The notes under the pieces: generated by a model
What the model saw: only the letters and a program-made list of their open reading frames with translations
Databases searched by the model: none
What the model was told of the DNA's origin: nothing
DNA from: Chitinophagales bacterium
GTDB lineage: Bacteria > Bacteroidota > Bacteroidia > Chitinophagales > BACL12
Reading direction: 5' to 3'
Length of the DNA stretch: 64,000 bases
Assembly: GCA_020636645.1 (NCBI GenBank)
Contig: JACJXO010000010.1
Span: forward strand, 814 to 64,813
Made by a program: the position numbers and the translations under genes
Shown here: positions 36,630 to 46,479 of the stretch, piece by piece
Position numbering within the stretch: position 1 is the first letter of the stretch
How the letters are laid out: each line of letters opens with the position of its first letter

Positions 36630-38129
36630 ATGCTTCCTCGTATCATTCTTTTCAATCCCCGTGCCGCCAACCACAAGCCACGCATACCCAATTCCATTTT
36701 GTCATTGGCGGCAACCCTGGAAGGAAGATATGACTACGTGATGGTAGATGGAAATCTGGAGGCAGAGCCGTATGAAAAAATGGAGGCGTATGTCAGGCAG
36801 GGTTATGATACCCTTGCGGTCACAGTGATGCCCGGGCCACAGCTGAAGCAGGCCATCCCTTATACGAAGAAACTCAAAGAACGATTTCCTAAACTGGTCA
36901 CCATCTGGGGAGGATACTTTGCTTCCAACCAGTGGCAGGTTTGCATGGCTTCGGGATTTGTGGACTACCTGATCTATGGGCCCGGTGATGAAGCCTTCCC
37001 TTCTCTTATCAGATTATTACATACCGGTGGCGATCTGGGTGCCATCCCCAACCTGATATGGAAACTGTATGGCATGGTGCAGAAGAACCACAAGGATGAA
37101 CTGTATGACCAGGACACCCTTCTGCGTTTGCCCTATGACACACTGAACAGGTTCTATCCGCTCGAAAAATACCTGGGCAGGACCTGGCTGGGTGAAAAGA
37201 CCATTGCCTATCACAGCAGCGTAGGCTGTCCCTTCAAATGTGCTTTCTGCGGCATCGTACCGATCTACAATGCACGCTGGAAGGGAAAGAGTGCGGCAGG
37301 CATCTACCAGGATATCAAATACCTGAAAGACCAGTTTGGAGGTTCTGCCATAGAGTTTCATGACAACAACTTTTTTGTTTCAGAGAAACGCACGGTAGAA
37401 TTTTCCCGACTGATCAAAAGTGAGCAGATGATCTGGTGGGGGGAAGGACGTATTGACACCATTGATAAATACAGCGACCAGAGCCTGGCTCTTATGCGGG
37501 ATGCAGGTTGCAGGATGATCTTCTTTGGGGCAGAGACAGGTAACGACGAGATACTGGCCATGATGGACAAAGGAGGCACGCAGACGGGTGACCAGATCAA
37601 ACGCTTTGCAGCCAGGATGAAACGATTTGATATCATACCTGAGTATTCTTTTGTATTGGGTACTCCGGCAGCAACAGAAGCACAGGTGAACAGTCAGATC
37701 GATCAGGATATCGCCTTCATCCGGGAGATCAAAGAGATCAATCCCGATACCGAGATCATCATCTATGTGTATAGTCCGGTGCCTACTGAAGGGTCTGAAT
37801 TGTTCGAAGCCTGTAAGGCGAACGGATTCCAGTTTCCTGAACAACTCGAAGACTGGATCAGTCCTGCATGGGAATCTTTCGACCTGCGTAAGAACCCGCT
37901 CACACCCTGGCTGAAGCCGTATATGATAGAACGCATCAGGAATTTTGAAACAGTGCTTAACGGGTATTCACCTACGGTATCAGACATCAAACTGATGCCG
38001 GCCAGAAAAAGGCTGATGCGTTCTTTGAGCAGCTGGCGTTACCGGTCAGGGTTCTACCGGGCACCGCTGGAGATCAAAGCCCTGCAGAAGATCAGCCGTT
38101 ACCGGCAGCCGGAAATTGAAGGATTCTGA
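36630..38129 (+). CDS. cobalamin-binding-domain (class B) radical SAM protein 2
   Basis: MLPRIILFNPRA..IPNSILSLAATL start. CxxxCxxC = CPFKCAFC. Start moved from the track's 36534 to the ATG at 36630. Confidence 0.85.
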   Translation: MLPRIILFNPRAANHKPRIPNSILSLAATLEGRYDYVMVDGNLEAEPYEKMEAYVRQGYDTLAVTVMPGPQLKQAIPYTKKLKERFPKLVTIWGGYFASNQWQVCMASGFVDYLIYGPGDEAFPSLIRLLHTGGDLGAIPNLIWKLYGMVQKNHKDELYDQDTLLRLPYDTLNRFYPLEKYLGRTWLGEKTIAYHSSVGCPFKCAFCGIVPIYNARWKGKSAAGIYQDIKYLKDQFGGSAIEFHDNNFFVSEKRTVEFSRLIKSEQMIWWGEGRIDTIDKYSDQSLALMRDAGCRMIFFGAETGNDEILAMMDKGGTQTGDQIKRFAARMKRFDIIPEYSFVLGTPAATEAQVNSQIDQDIAFIREIKEINPDTEIIIYVYSPVPTEGSELFEACKANGFQFPEQLEDWISPAWESFDLRKNPLTPWLKPYMIERIRNFETVLNGYSPTVSDIKLMPARKRLMRSLSSWRYRSGFYRAPLEIKALQKISRYRQPEIEGF

Positions 38130-38812
38130 TGCGACGGATATACAAGTGGTACGCACATCATATACTGAGACCGCTGCTTGAAAGGAGGTTGCATAAAACA
38201 GTCCGGTATCAAAAATATGGCCTGGACATGCTGATCGAACCAGGCGTTTTTCATCCCGGTTTTTTCTACAGTACCGAATTTCTTTTACAAACGGTAAGGC
38301 AACGGATAGCGCAACAGGAAACCGTGCTGGAACTTGGTTGCGGAAGCGGACTCATCAGCCTGGTACTCGCGGCCGATGGTGCGCAGGTGACCGCTGCAGA
38401 CATCAATCCAGTTGCTGTGGATGCATTGCATCGCAATGCCGACCGAAATCAGATCATTCTCGAGATCATACAAAGCGATCTGTTCAGTGCACTGTCAGGC
38501 AGACGCTTTCATCATATACTCATCAATCCGCCATTCTATCCAAAGGATCCTGCAAACGATGCAGAAAGAGCATGGTTTTGCGGACAGGATTTTTCCTATT
38601 TCAAAAGACTGTTCACTGACCTGCCTTCCTATCTGCAGCAGGATGCTCAGGTGTGGATGGTATTGTCTGACGGATGTGATGTGAAAGAGATCAGTGCACT
38701 TGCGGCACAGGCGCATGCCCGTCTGGAAGAGGTAGCTACCACCGTGATCAGATGGGAACGATTGTGGGTGTTCCACATCATTTACCCGAATCTGACACAG
38801 GGAAATGTGTAA
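38129..38812 (+). CDS. SAM-dependent methyltransferase, HemK/RsmC-like small-domain type
   Basis: Motif I VLELGCGSGLISLVLA and motif IV NPPFYP. The start shares one nucleotide with the preceding stop. Confidence 0.75.
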   Translation: MRRIYKWYAHHILRPLLERRLHKTVRYQKYGLDMLIEPGVFHPGFFYSTEFLLQTVRQRIAQQETVLELGCGSGLISLVLAADGAQVTAADINPVAVDALHRNADRNQIILEIIQSDLFSALSGRRFHHILINPPFYPKDPANDAERAWFCGQDFSYFKRLFTDLPSYLQQDAQVWMVLSDGCDVKEISALAAQAHARLEEVATTVIRWERLWVFHIIYPNLTQGNV

Positions 38813-38829
38813 CAGTTAACTTCGTACGT

Positions 38830-39786
38830 ATGCATATCAGTCACCGGCATGAACATCTGCCCCGGCAATTGTCTGACATCCAGTCTGGGGTCATGTCGGC
38901 ACTGGTGTATTTTGATCTGTTCAGGTATCCGCTTACTGTGCCGGAGATCATCCGTTTTTCGCCGGTAAGGATCGATCGTCTGGAGCAGGTGGAAGAGGCG
39001 TTAAGGGAGCTGGGATCTGCTCTGATCGTTTTTCGTTTCGGCGATCATTATTCGTTGGTAAATGATATTGCCCGGGTGGAGAGGCGTAAGCTGGGTAATG
39101 CCTGTGCTGAAAAGTTCTGGATGAAGGCAAGGCGTATGTCTGTTTTAATGCAGCGTTTTCCTTATGTGCGAAGTGTGAATATTTCCGGTTCCCTGTCAAA
39201 GGAGTATGCCGATGATACAACCGATATAGACTATTTCATCATCACCGCACCCGGGCGTATCTGGTTGTGCCGCACGCTGCTTGCGTTGTATAAGAAGGTC
39301 TTTCTGCTCAACAGCAGAAAATACTTCTGCATCAACTATTTCATCAGTGAAGATGATCTGTCCATTCCTGACAAGAATCTGTTCTCTGCCACAGAGATCG
39401 TTACACTGCGCAACATGAGTGGTCAGTCAATATATGCCCGCTTTCTGGAGGAGAACAGATGGGCTTTCAGCCATTTTCCCAATGCATCTGCTGCAGATGG
39501 TATGCCTGTTCACACCCGTGGCAGACGCATGCAGAAGGCTGCAGAGAGGATCCTGGCTGGAAGATTTGGAAACCTGCTCGATGACCTGTGTTTTCGCATA
39601 ACGTTTTATTACTGGAAACGAAAATTTTCCTGGATGAGGGAGGAAGAGTTTGCAGTTAATATTCGTTCGAAGCGCACGGTTAGCAAACACCATCCGCAGG
39701 GGTTTCAGTTTCAGGTGATGGATCGTTTTGCACAAAGGTGTGCTGCACTGGAAGCACAACATGGTATAGTATTCATACATGGCTGA
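38830..39786 (+). CDS. hypothetical protein with Pol-beta-type nucleotidyltransferase signature
   Basis: NISGSLSKEYADDTTDIDYFIIT fits the pattern GS-x10-DxD. The rest is unrecognised. Start moved to MHISHRH. Confidence 0.55.
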   Translation: MHISHRHEHLPRQLSDIQSGVMSALVYFDLFRYPLTVPEIIRFSPVRIDRLEQVEEALRELGSALIVFRFGDHYSLVNDIARVERRKLGNACAEKFWMKARRMSVLMQRFPYVRSVNISGSLSKEYADDTTDIDYFIITAPGRIWLCRTLLALYKKVFLLNSRKYFCINYFISEDDLSIPDKNLFSATEIVTLRNMSGQSIYARFLEENRWAFSHFPNASAADGMPVHTRGRRMQKAAERILAGRFGNLLDDLCFRITFYYWKRKFSWMREEEFAVNIRSKRTVSKHHPQGFQFQVMDRFAQRCAALEAQHGIVFIHG

Positions 39787-41212
39787 TATCCTGCTCTCCA
39801 ATACCTACTTTTTGCGATTCGATCCGAAACAGGAGTCGAACATGACACCTTATCCGCCGCTGGCTACCTTATATGCAGCATCTGTATTGCGTGATGAGGG
39901 AATGGATGTTGCCTTGTTTGATACACAGTTTGCTGAAGGTGCAGAAGATGCCTTTCCTCAGATCAAAGCACATGCAGGAAAGCTTTTTATGATCGTGGAC
40001 GACGGCTTCAACTATCTGACGAAGATGTGTCTGGTCAATATGAGGGAAGCCTGTTTCACCATGATCAGATATGCCAAAGAGCAGGGCTGTACAGTGGCTG
40101 TTTCCAGCTCAGATGCAACCGATCATATGGATGCTTACCTGCAAGAAGGTGCTGATTACATCATAGTAGGAGAAGCAGAGCAAACCATTCGTGAACTGGT
40201 TGTTTGTCTGGATGCAAAACAACCGACTGACGGTGTGAGCGGTCTGGCTTGTTCTGCCAATGGGGGAATGCACAAAACATTGCCTCGTCAGGTACTGACC
40301 CATCTGGACAGTCTTCCTCAACCTGCCTGGGATCTGATAGATATTCAAGCCTATCGCAGCAGATGGATGCAGAAGCACGGATACTTTTCACTCAATGTGG
40401 CCACCACACGCGGCTGCCCGTTTAAGTGTAACTGGTGCGCCAAACCGATCTATGGTAACAGGTATAATGCTCATAGTGCGCATTATATCATGGATCAGAT
40501 CGAGCTGCATGTGAAACAGCATGGTGCTACACATATCTGGTTCTGCGATGATATTTTCGGATTAAAACCCGGCTGGATACATGCATTCCGAGAAGAAGCT
40601 GAAAGGAGGCAGCTTGTATTCCGTTTCAAGATACAATGCCGTGCAGATCTGCTGCTCAATGAAAACAACATTGCCGATCTGGCTGCTGCAGGTTGTGATG
40701 AGATCTGGATAGGTGCAGAGAGCGGCTCTCAGATGATACTCGATGCCATGGATAAAGGCACAACCATAGAGCAGATCAGAGAAAGCACCATGTTGATGAA
40801 AAAGCATGGTATTAAACCTTGTTTCTTTTTACAGTTTGGTTATCCGGGCGAAACCAGGAAGGAGATCAGAGAAACCATTGACCTGGTAACAGGGCTTCTG
40901 CCTTTTGATATTGGAATTTCTGTAAGCTATCCCTTGCCAGGTACGGTCTTTTATGATCGTGTTCAGGCAGGCCTGAAACAAAAGACCAACTGGACAGACA
41001 GTGATGAGCTGGCTATGATGTTTGCCGGCACATATTCTCCTGAATACTATAAGAAACTGCATCGGTATGTACACCGCCGGTTCAGAAAAGCACAGGGAGC
41101 CTGGTATCTGAAGCAGGTGTTCAAGGGTGAGCCGACCGATCTGCGCCGGATCATGTTATGGCCATACTATGCTGTCCGGGTGATGGTTGATGATCAGCTG
41201 GTAAGTGATTAG
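39779..41212 (+). CDS. cobalamin-binding-domain (class B) radical SAM protein 3 (paralog of protein 1)
   Basis: ILLSNTYFL..PYPPLATLYAASVL. CxxxCxxC = CPFKCNWC. IWIGAESGSQ is shared with protein 1. Overlaps the previous gene by 8 nt. Confidence 0.85.
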   Translation: MADILLSNTYFLRFDPKQESNMTPYPPLATLYAASVLRDEGMDVALFDTQFAEGAEDAFPQIKAHAGKLFMIVDDGFNYLTKMCLVNMREACFTMIRYAKEQGCTVAVSSSDATDHMDAYLQEGADYIIVGEAEQTIRELVVCLDAKQPTDGVSGLACSANGGMHKTLPRQVLTHLDSLPQPAWDLIDIQAYRSRWMQKHGYFSLNVATTRGCPFKCNWCAKPIYGNRYNAHSAHYIMDQIELHVKQHGATHIWFCDDIFGLKPGWIHAFREEAERRQLVFRFKIQCRADLLLNENNIADLAAAGCDEIWIGAESGSQMILDAMDKGTTIEQIRESTMLMKKHGIKPCFFLQFGYPGETRKEIRETIDLVTGLLPFDIGISVSYPLPGTVFYDRVQAGLKQKTNWTDSDELAMMFAGTYSPEYYKKLHRYVHRRFRKAQGAWYLKQVFKGEPTDLRRIMLWPYYAVRVMVDDQLVSD

Positions 41213-44019
41213 CGCACCAGGGTGATATTACCTGCTACAGTTTTCTTGTCGCCTTCAATGAACTTCAGTTCCATGATGTAACTATACACTCCTGCATTGA
41301 CCATATTGCCATTGGTGGTAGTGCCGTTCCAGCCAATACCCGGATCGTTGGCCGGAAAATCTTCAATAAGGAATATCAGTTCACCCCATCGATCAAAGAT
41401 GCGCAGATTCTGCACCAGTATCAGATTAGGACCATAGGCTGTGAAATGGTCATTGATGTGGTCGCCGTTCGGGGTGAAGGTATTTGGCACGAAAGAATAA
41501 TCTTCCGGATCGGGCAGTACGGTAATATAAATATCATCGGTAGCTACGCATCCGTTGTTGTTGTATGAGGTAAGAATGATGGGTCCTGACTGGATTGGGT
41601 TGGCAATGGTACTGTCGCAGGTAGAACACGCCACTGATTCTGCCGGGCTCCAGTTATAATCGCCGCCGGTAATGCCATAGATAGGCGTTCCAAAACCTAT
41701 GATCATTTCTGCTGACCCGAAGGCAGATGCTTCATTAGCATCCACATCTATGAACATGGTGGTGTCACTGGTGCAGCCATTTGCATCTGTGTAGGTATAG
41801 GTGATGGCATAAGGCCCGCCAACACCTGCGGTCAGCACATCAAATGTGCTGCCGCTTACAAATGAACCGGTAAAGCTTCCTCCTGCCGGTGTGGCAATGA
41901 GTGGTTGTATTTGTTGTTCATAGCAGACCACTTCAGGAAGATCAAAGACAAGTGAGGGGTTTGGGTTCACTGTAAGGTTGGTAGTGATCACAGAGTCGCA
42001 GCCAAAAATGGTGGTGTATTCATTCACATAAGAGCCTGAAACGGTAGTAACGGAACCATCAGGCAGGATATATTCTTCGCCATCACAGATCTCTTCATCG
42101 ATCGTGGTATAGATCACGTCCAGTTCTTCCACAGTGGTATAAATGATAGAATCACAACCATCTACAGTGGTCAGGGTCGTACTGTAAAATCCGCCGGAAA
42201 CCACAGTACCATCAGGCAGGGTATAGGTGGTGCCGGTGCATATTCCTGCGGTCACATCAACGGCATAGACCGGATACAGATTCAGTGTGGTATGAACCAG
42301 AGAGTCGCAGCCTGTCCAGGCTGTAAGAACAGAAGTATAATCGCCGGCTGACCCTGTGATCACGCCATCAGGAAGCACGTACAGGTCTCCGTCGCAGATG
42401 TACACCACTTCGCTTGTTTCAGGAATAGGCAGCACAGACAGGGTCGTATTTACAACAGAATCGCAGCCGTATATGCTGCTCAGCGTGCTGCTGTAGGTAC
42501 CTGCAGCGGTAACTGATACGCCGTCAGGTAAGACATAGGTATCGCCATCACAGATCTCTGCATCTACATCTACATCAAATACCGGATGCACGGTCAAAAA
42601 GGTGGTAATGACTGAATCACAACCCGCGTCTGTGGTCAGGGAAGATACATATTCGCCGGCGGCAGAAACGGTCAGACCGCTGGGCAGGGTATAGGTCTCG
42701 CCGCTGCATATCTCAGCCAGAGTGACCAGATCATACACCGGGAATATTTCTATAGTGGTGGTAAAATAGTCTTCATCACATCCGCCACCAGCAGGAATGG
42801 TATTGGTTACGGTATAGGTGCCGGGACTTGAAGCAGCCACATTGACAGTACCCGTTGCAGCATTGATGCTCAGGCCTGCCGGGGTAGCACTGAATGTTCC
42901 GGTTTCTGATCCGGGATCAAGTGAAATGGGTGCACTGCCTGCATCGTTGCAGAAAGGTGTACCCGGGTAGCTGAAATTGCCAACGGGTGCCGGATTGATA
43001 ATAATGGTTACACTGGATGAAAGTGTATCCAGACCACAGCTTTCAGTAATGACGGTGTTCGTAATTGTATAGGTACCCGGAGTAGAAGCACTGAGGTCAA
43101 CTACACCTGTAGTATCAGAAACAAACACAAGGCCGGCAGGACTTGCGGTAAAAATGCCAATTTCAGCTCCGGGAACAAGTTCCGGCCCCGGATCAAGGCC
43201 GGAGGAGCAGTATTCAGGGAAAAATCCTATACCTGTTTCCGGAAAAGAAAACAAAGAGGTGACGCTGGTTCCCAGGCTATTGGCTTTCAGAAAAACACCC
43301 GAATCGAAAGAGTGGTCAAACTCGTCGGCTATGGCCAGTTTCAGGTGATAGGTCTCACCGGGAGTGACGGCTGATACAGCAGTGAGCGGAACAGTAAAGC
43401 CATCATACTGGATGTAGTAAGGGTCGCCGGCAGGTACACCGGTGTTGTTGTGGTAATATGCCGGGTAACTGCCCAGATTCACATTATCAATGGTAACCGG
43501 CAGAGCTGTTCCGGGAATGAGGGCGATGTTGACCATGCCAACGATGCCGGGCCCGCTGATCCAGAACGCAAAGGCATCATTGATAGAACCTACATATTCA
43601 TTGTACTCCTCACTTCCAAAGACATAATCAAAGGAGATGGTATCACATTCCGGTATGATATCCAATTCAAATACACAGCGATCGTAAGTAGTTCCTACAC
43701 CCGGAAGTGCATTCAGGTCAGGATCGCCGGTCAGACCTGAGTTATACCCCAGGCTGCCGGAGTTGTTGGGACCTTCTGCATTGATCACTTTGCCGGTGGT
43801 CAGAATGAACCCGGAATCAATGCCCAGGTTACAATCAATGCATTCAAAAAGTCCAAAACCCTGCGAATAGCAATCAATGGTCGCATCCACGATCTCAATA
43901 CCCGAACCCACCAGGGTCTCAGCCAGATCCATTGCAGTGTAGCCGTAAGTACAGTCCAGCTGTGACTTACCCGGAAGCCAGACCCCCAGTAACAATATGA
44001 CAGGTATAAATCGTTTCAT
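41209..44019 (-). CDS. large T9SS type B (gliding-motility C-terminal domain) cargo with choice-of-anchor-L-like N-domain
   Basis: N-domain GFILTTG...YVFGSEEYNEYVGSINDAFAFWISG. C-terminal FVPNTFTPNGDHINDHF...FDRWGELIF...GWNGT...GVYSY. Confidence 0.85.
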   Translation of the reverse strand: MKRFIPVILLLGVWLPGKSQLDCTYGYTAMDLAETLVGSGIEIVDATIDCYSQGFGLFECIDCNLGIDSGFILTTGKVINAEGPNNSGSLGYNSGLTGDPDLNALPGVGTTYDRCVFELDIIPECDTISFDYVFGSEEYNEYVGSINDAFAFWISGPGIVGMVNIALIPGTALPVTIDNVNLGSYPAYYHNNTGVPAGDPYYIQYDGFTVPLTAVSAVTPGETYHLKLAIADEFDHSFDSGVFLKANSLGTSVTSLFSFPETGIGFFPEYCSSGLDPGPELVPGAEIGIFTASPAGLVFVSDTTGVVDLSASTPGTYTITNTVITESCGLDTLSSSVTIIINPAPVGNFSYPGTPFCNDAGSAPISLDPGSETGTFSATPAGLSINAATGTVNVAASSPGTYTVTNTIPAGGGCDEDYFTTTIEIFPVYDLVTLAEICSGETYTLPSGLTVSAAGEYVSSLTTDAGCDSVITTFLTVHPVFDVDVDAEICDGDTYVLPDGVSVTAAGTYSSTLSSIYGCDSVVNTTLSVLPIPETSEVVYICDGDLYVLPDGVITGSAGDYTSVLTAWTGCDSLVHTTLNLYPVYAVDVTAGICTGTTYTLPDGTVVSGGFYSTTLTTVDGCDSIIYTTVEELDVIYTTIDEEICDGEEYILPDGSVTTVSGSYVNEYTTIFGCDSVITTNLTVNPNPSLVFDLPEVVCYEQQIQPLIATPAGGSFTGSFVSGSTFDVLTAGVGGPYAITYTYTDANGCTSDTTMFIDVDANEASAFGSAEMIIGFGTPIYGITGGDYNWSPAESVACSTCDSTIANPIQSGPIILTSYNNNGCVATDDIYITVLPDPEDYSFVPNTFTPNGDHINDHFTAYGPNLILVQNLRIFDRWGELIFLIEDFPANDPGIGWNGTTTNGNMVNAGVYSYIMELKFIEGDKKTVAGNITLVR
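41962..42717 (-). repeat. five tandem ~52-aa Cys-containing repeats inside the type B cargo
   Basis: ICxGxxYxLPDGxxVxxxGxYxxxLxxxxGCDSxxxTxL recurs at residues ~437, 489, 541, 593 and 644. Confidence 0.8.
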
Positions 44020-44119
44020 TGGCAGGTTTCATGAACCTATAAAAATAATAAATCAGCAGATTTTTTAACAAAACCGCCCTGGCTGACAGCAAACTGTGTT
44101 TTTTTACCATTTTTACTGT

Positions 44120-44506
44120 ATGAACAAAAAACAGGTAGTGCTCACCGCTGCTGCGCCCGCTCCTATCGGGCCTTACTCTCAGGCCATCGCAGCCAACGGC
44201 ATGTTGTACGTGTCAGGGCAGATCGCCATCATACCGGAAACCGGCCAGTTGATCCAAACCGATAACGTGGCTGAAGAAACCAGACAGGTCATGCAGAATC
44301 TTGGCGCCGTACTGGAAGCAGGGGGGAGCAACTTTGCTCAGGTGGTGAAGTGCGGAATTTTTCTGGCTGACATGAACGACTTTGCGGCGGTCAACGAAGT
44401 ATATGGTGCGTATTTCACGAGCGATCCTCCTGCAAGGGAGACTGTAGAAGTGTCCAGGCTTCCGAAAGGTGTCCGGGTAGAGATCAGTGCGATCGCCTTA
44501 CTCTGA
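44120..44506 (+). CDS. ridA: RidA/YjgF family reactive-intermediate deaminase
   Basis: APAPIGPYSQAIAANGMLYVSGQI and the C-terminal RVEISAIA. Confidence 0.85.
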   Translation: MNKKQVVLTAAAPAPIGPYSQAIAANGMLYVSGQIAIIPETGQLIQTDNVAEETRQVMQNLGAVLEAGGSNFAQVVKCGIFLADMNDFAAVNEVYGAYFTSDPPARETVEVSRLPKGVRVEISAIALL

Positions 44507-45410
44507 CCAGTGCGAATGGTTGTCTGGCATTGATCATATAGATGCCGGCCAGAATGAAAAGCATTCCCAGTACATGAGTCATGGAAATGCGTTCACCATC
44601 CCATACACCCAGCAGCAATGCCACCACAGGAATGATATAAGCTACCAGTGAGCCGAATAACGAATCGGTCATCTGGATGAGTTTGAAGTAAATGATGCTG
44701 GCCATTACCGTGCCGAACAATGACAGGGCAACAATGCTCCAAAGGCTTATGGAGAAATGAGATATGGCAGACATTTCCGGATAGGTTGTTTCGGCAGCCA
44801 GTTCCCAGAAGCGGGTGCTGAGCAAATAGAGGAGTGATGGTATTCCTATGCTTGCAAAACCCACGGCACCCAGCCCGATCGGGTGTGCATCCTGCAGGTA
44901 GGTCTTGACCAGGTTGGCACTTGTGGCATAAGATAAGGTAGCCAGAAAAACTGGCAGTGCATACCACAACTGACTATGACCTCCGTCCGGATCTGATGAC
45001 ACCAGTATCAATGCACCTGTCAGTGCGGTCAGCAATCCGGCCAGTTTCCAGCGATGGAACGGCATGGCAAAGAACAATACCCCGAGTGCAAAAGTAAAAG
45101 CAGGAGTCAGGCTGTTCAGTACCCCTGCAATGCCACTCTCAATATGTGTTTGTGCAAAGGTGAAACAGAAAGCAGGAATACCGCTACCGGTCAGGCCGGT
45201 CAGGGCAGAATACTTCAGTTGTTTTCCTTTGATGTGCCGTCCAAAAAGAAATAAAAATGGCAGGGTGCCGATGAAGGAAACCGAGATGCGCAGCGCAGCT
45301 ACCTGGTCCCAGCTGAAGGTTTCCAGCCCGTTCTTCATAAGGATGAAGGAGGTACCCCACACCACCGACAGGAATATCAGAATGAACCAGTGTCTGGCTT
45401 GGTATTGCAT
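44484..45410 (-). CDS. EamA/DMT family transporter
   Basis: Ten-TM profile in two EamA-like halves. Confidence 0.8.
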   Translation of the reverse strand: MQYQARHWFILIFLSVVWGTSFILMKNGLETFSWDQVAALRISVSFIGTLPFLFLFGRHIKGKQLKYSALTGLTGSGIPAFCFTFAQTHIESGIAGVLNSLTPAFTFALGVLFFAMPFHRWKLAGLLTALTGALILVSSDPDGGHSQLWYALPVFLATLSYATSANLVKTYLQDAHPIGLGAVGFASIGIPSLLYLLSTRFWELAAETTYPEMSAISHFSISLWSIVALSLFGTVMASIIYFKLIQMTDSLFGSLVAYIIPVVALLLGVWDGERISMTHVLGMLFILAGIYMINARQPFALVRVRRSH

Positions 45411-45475
45411 GGATCAGGTTATACTGCTGTGTGTTGCGCCGGTCAAAAAATACTGCAGGTCATGAACAGGATGCA

Positions 45476-46468
45476 TCAGTCGTTCACCAGAATGTTCCAC
45501 AACATATCTTTCAGCTTATCCATGTTCTTGCCTGTATGACTGCTGATGAACACCACCGGAACATCAGGCAGGTCTTTGCTCAGCATCATTTCCAGTTCAT
45601 CATCAATCAGGTCTGATTTGGTAATGGCAAGCATGCGTGATTTGGTCATCAACTCCGGATTGTGCTGCTTCAGTTCGTGCAGCAGAATGCGATATTCCTG
45701 GTGTATATCCTTTGCTTCTGCAGGTACCATGAAAAGCAGGGCGCTGTTGCGTTCAATGTGTCTGAGAAACCTGGTGCCAAGTCCTCTTCCTTCACTGGCA
45801 CCTTCTATGATACCCGGTATGTCTGCCATGACAAAGCTCCTGTTGTCACGGTAAGAAACGATGCCAAGTTTAGGGGTCAGCGTAGTGAAAGGGTAATCTG
45901 CAATTTCCGGTTTCGCTGCGCTGAGTACCGACAGCAAAGTGGATTTTCCCGCATTCGGAAAGCCAACCAGTCCAACATCTGCCAGTACCTTTAGTTCCAG
46001 CACGATCCAGGCTTCAGTGCCCTCTTCGCCGGGTTGCGAGTAGCGTGGCGCCTGATTAACAGCTGTCTTGAAATGGTTGTTGCCCAACCCCCCGCGGCCG
46101 CCCTGAAGCAATACGAGTTCTTCGCCATCTGCCATGACCTCACCAAACACCTCACCCGTTTCCGGATCTCTGGCAATGGTTCCAATGGGCACTTCAATGA
46201 TGCGGTCTTCTCCTTGTTTGCCCGTCTTGAGTGCTGCTGCTCCAGACTGACCATCGCCGGCAAAGACATGCTTCTGGTATTTCATGTGGAGGAGGGTCCA
46301 CATATGGCTGTTGCCTTTCAGGATGATGTGGCCGCCACGTCCGCCATCACCGCCATCAGGCCCGCCCTTGGCAGTCAGTTTGCTTCGGTGAAAATGCATG
46401 CTTCCTGCTCCGCCTTTTCCACTGCGAAACAAGATCTTGACATAATCAACGAAGTTCTGATTGTCCAT
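45476..46468 (-). CDS. obg: GTPase Obg/CgtA
   Basis: [17 protein letters not shown] Obg fold N-terminus. G1 GFPNAGKST and G3 DIPG. Confidence 0.95.
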   Translation of the reverse strand: MDNQNFVDYVKILFRSGKGGAGSMHFHRSKLTAKGGPDGGDGGRGGHIILKGNSHMWTLLHMKYQKHVFAGDGQSGAAALKTGKQGEDRIIEVPIGTIARDPETGEVFGEVMADGEELVLLQGGRGGLGNNHFKTAVNQAPRYSQPGEEGTEAWIVLELKVLADVGLVGFPNAGKSTLLSVLSAAKPEIADYPFTTLTPKLGIVSYRDNRSFVMADIPGIIEGASEGRGLGTRFLRHIERNSALLFMVPAEAKDIHQEYRILLHELKQHNPELMTKSRMLAITKSDLIDDELEMMLSKDLPDVPVVFISSHTGKNMDKLKDMLWNILVND

Positions 46469-46479
46469 TGCCCGGCAGT

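Noticed and set aside
32961-38829. A RiPP precursor peptide gene for the radical SAM enzymes.
   Set aside because: I read the intergenic gaps (49, 32, 71, 199 and 17 nt) in all frames. Only trivial ORFs such as ATG-AGA-TGG-TAA are present. This does not exclude a precursor encoded elsewhere.
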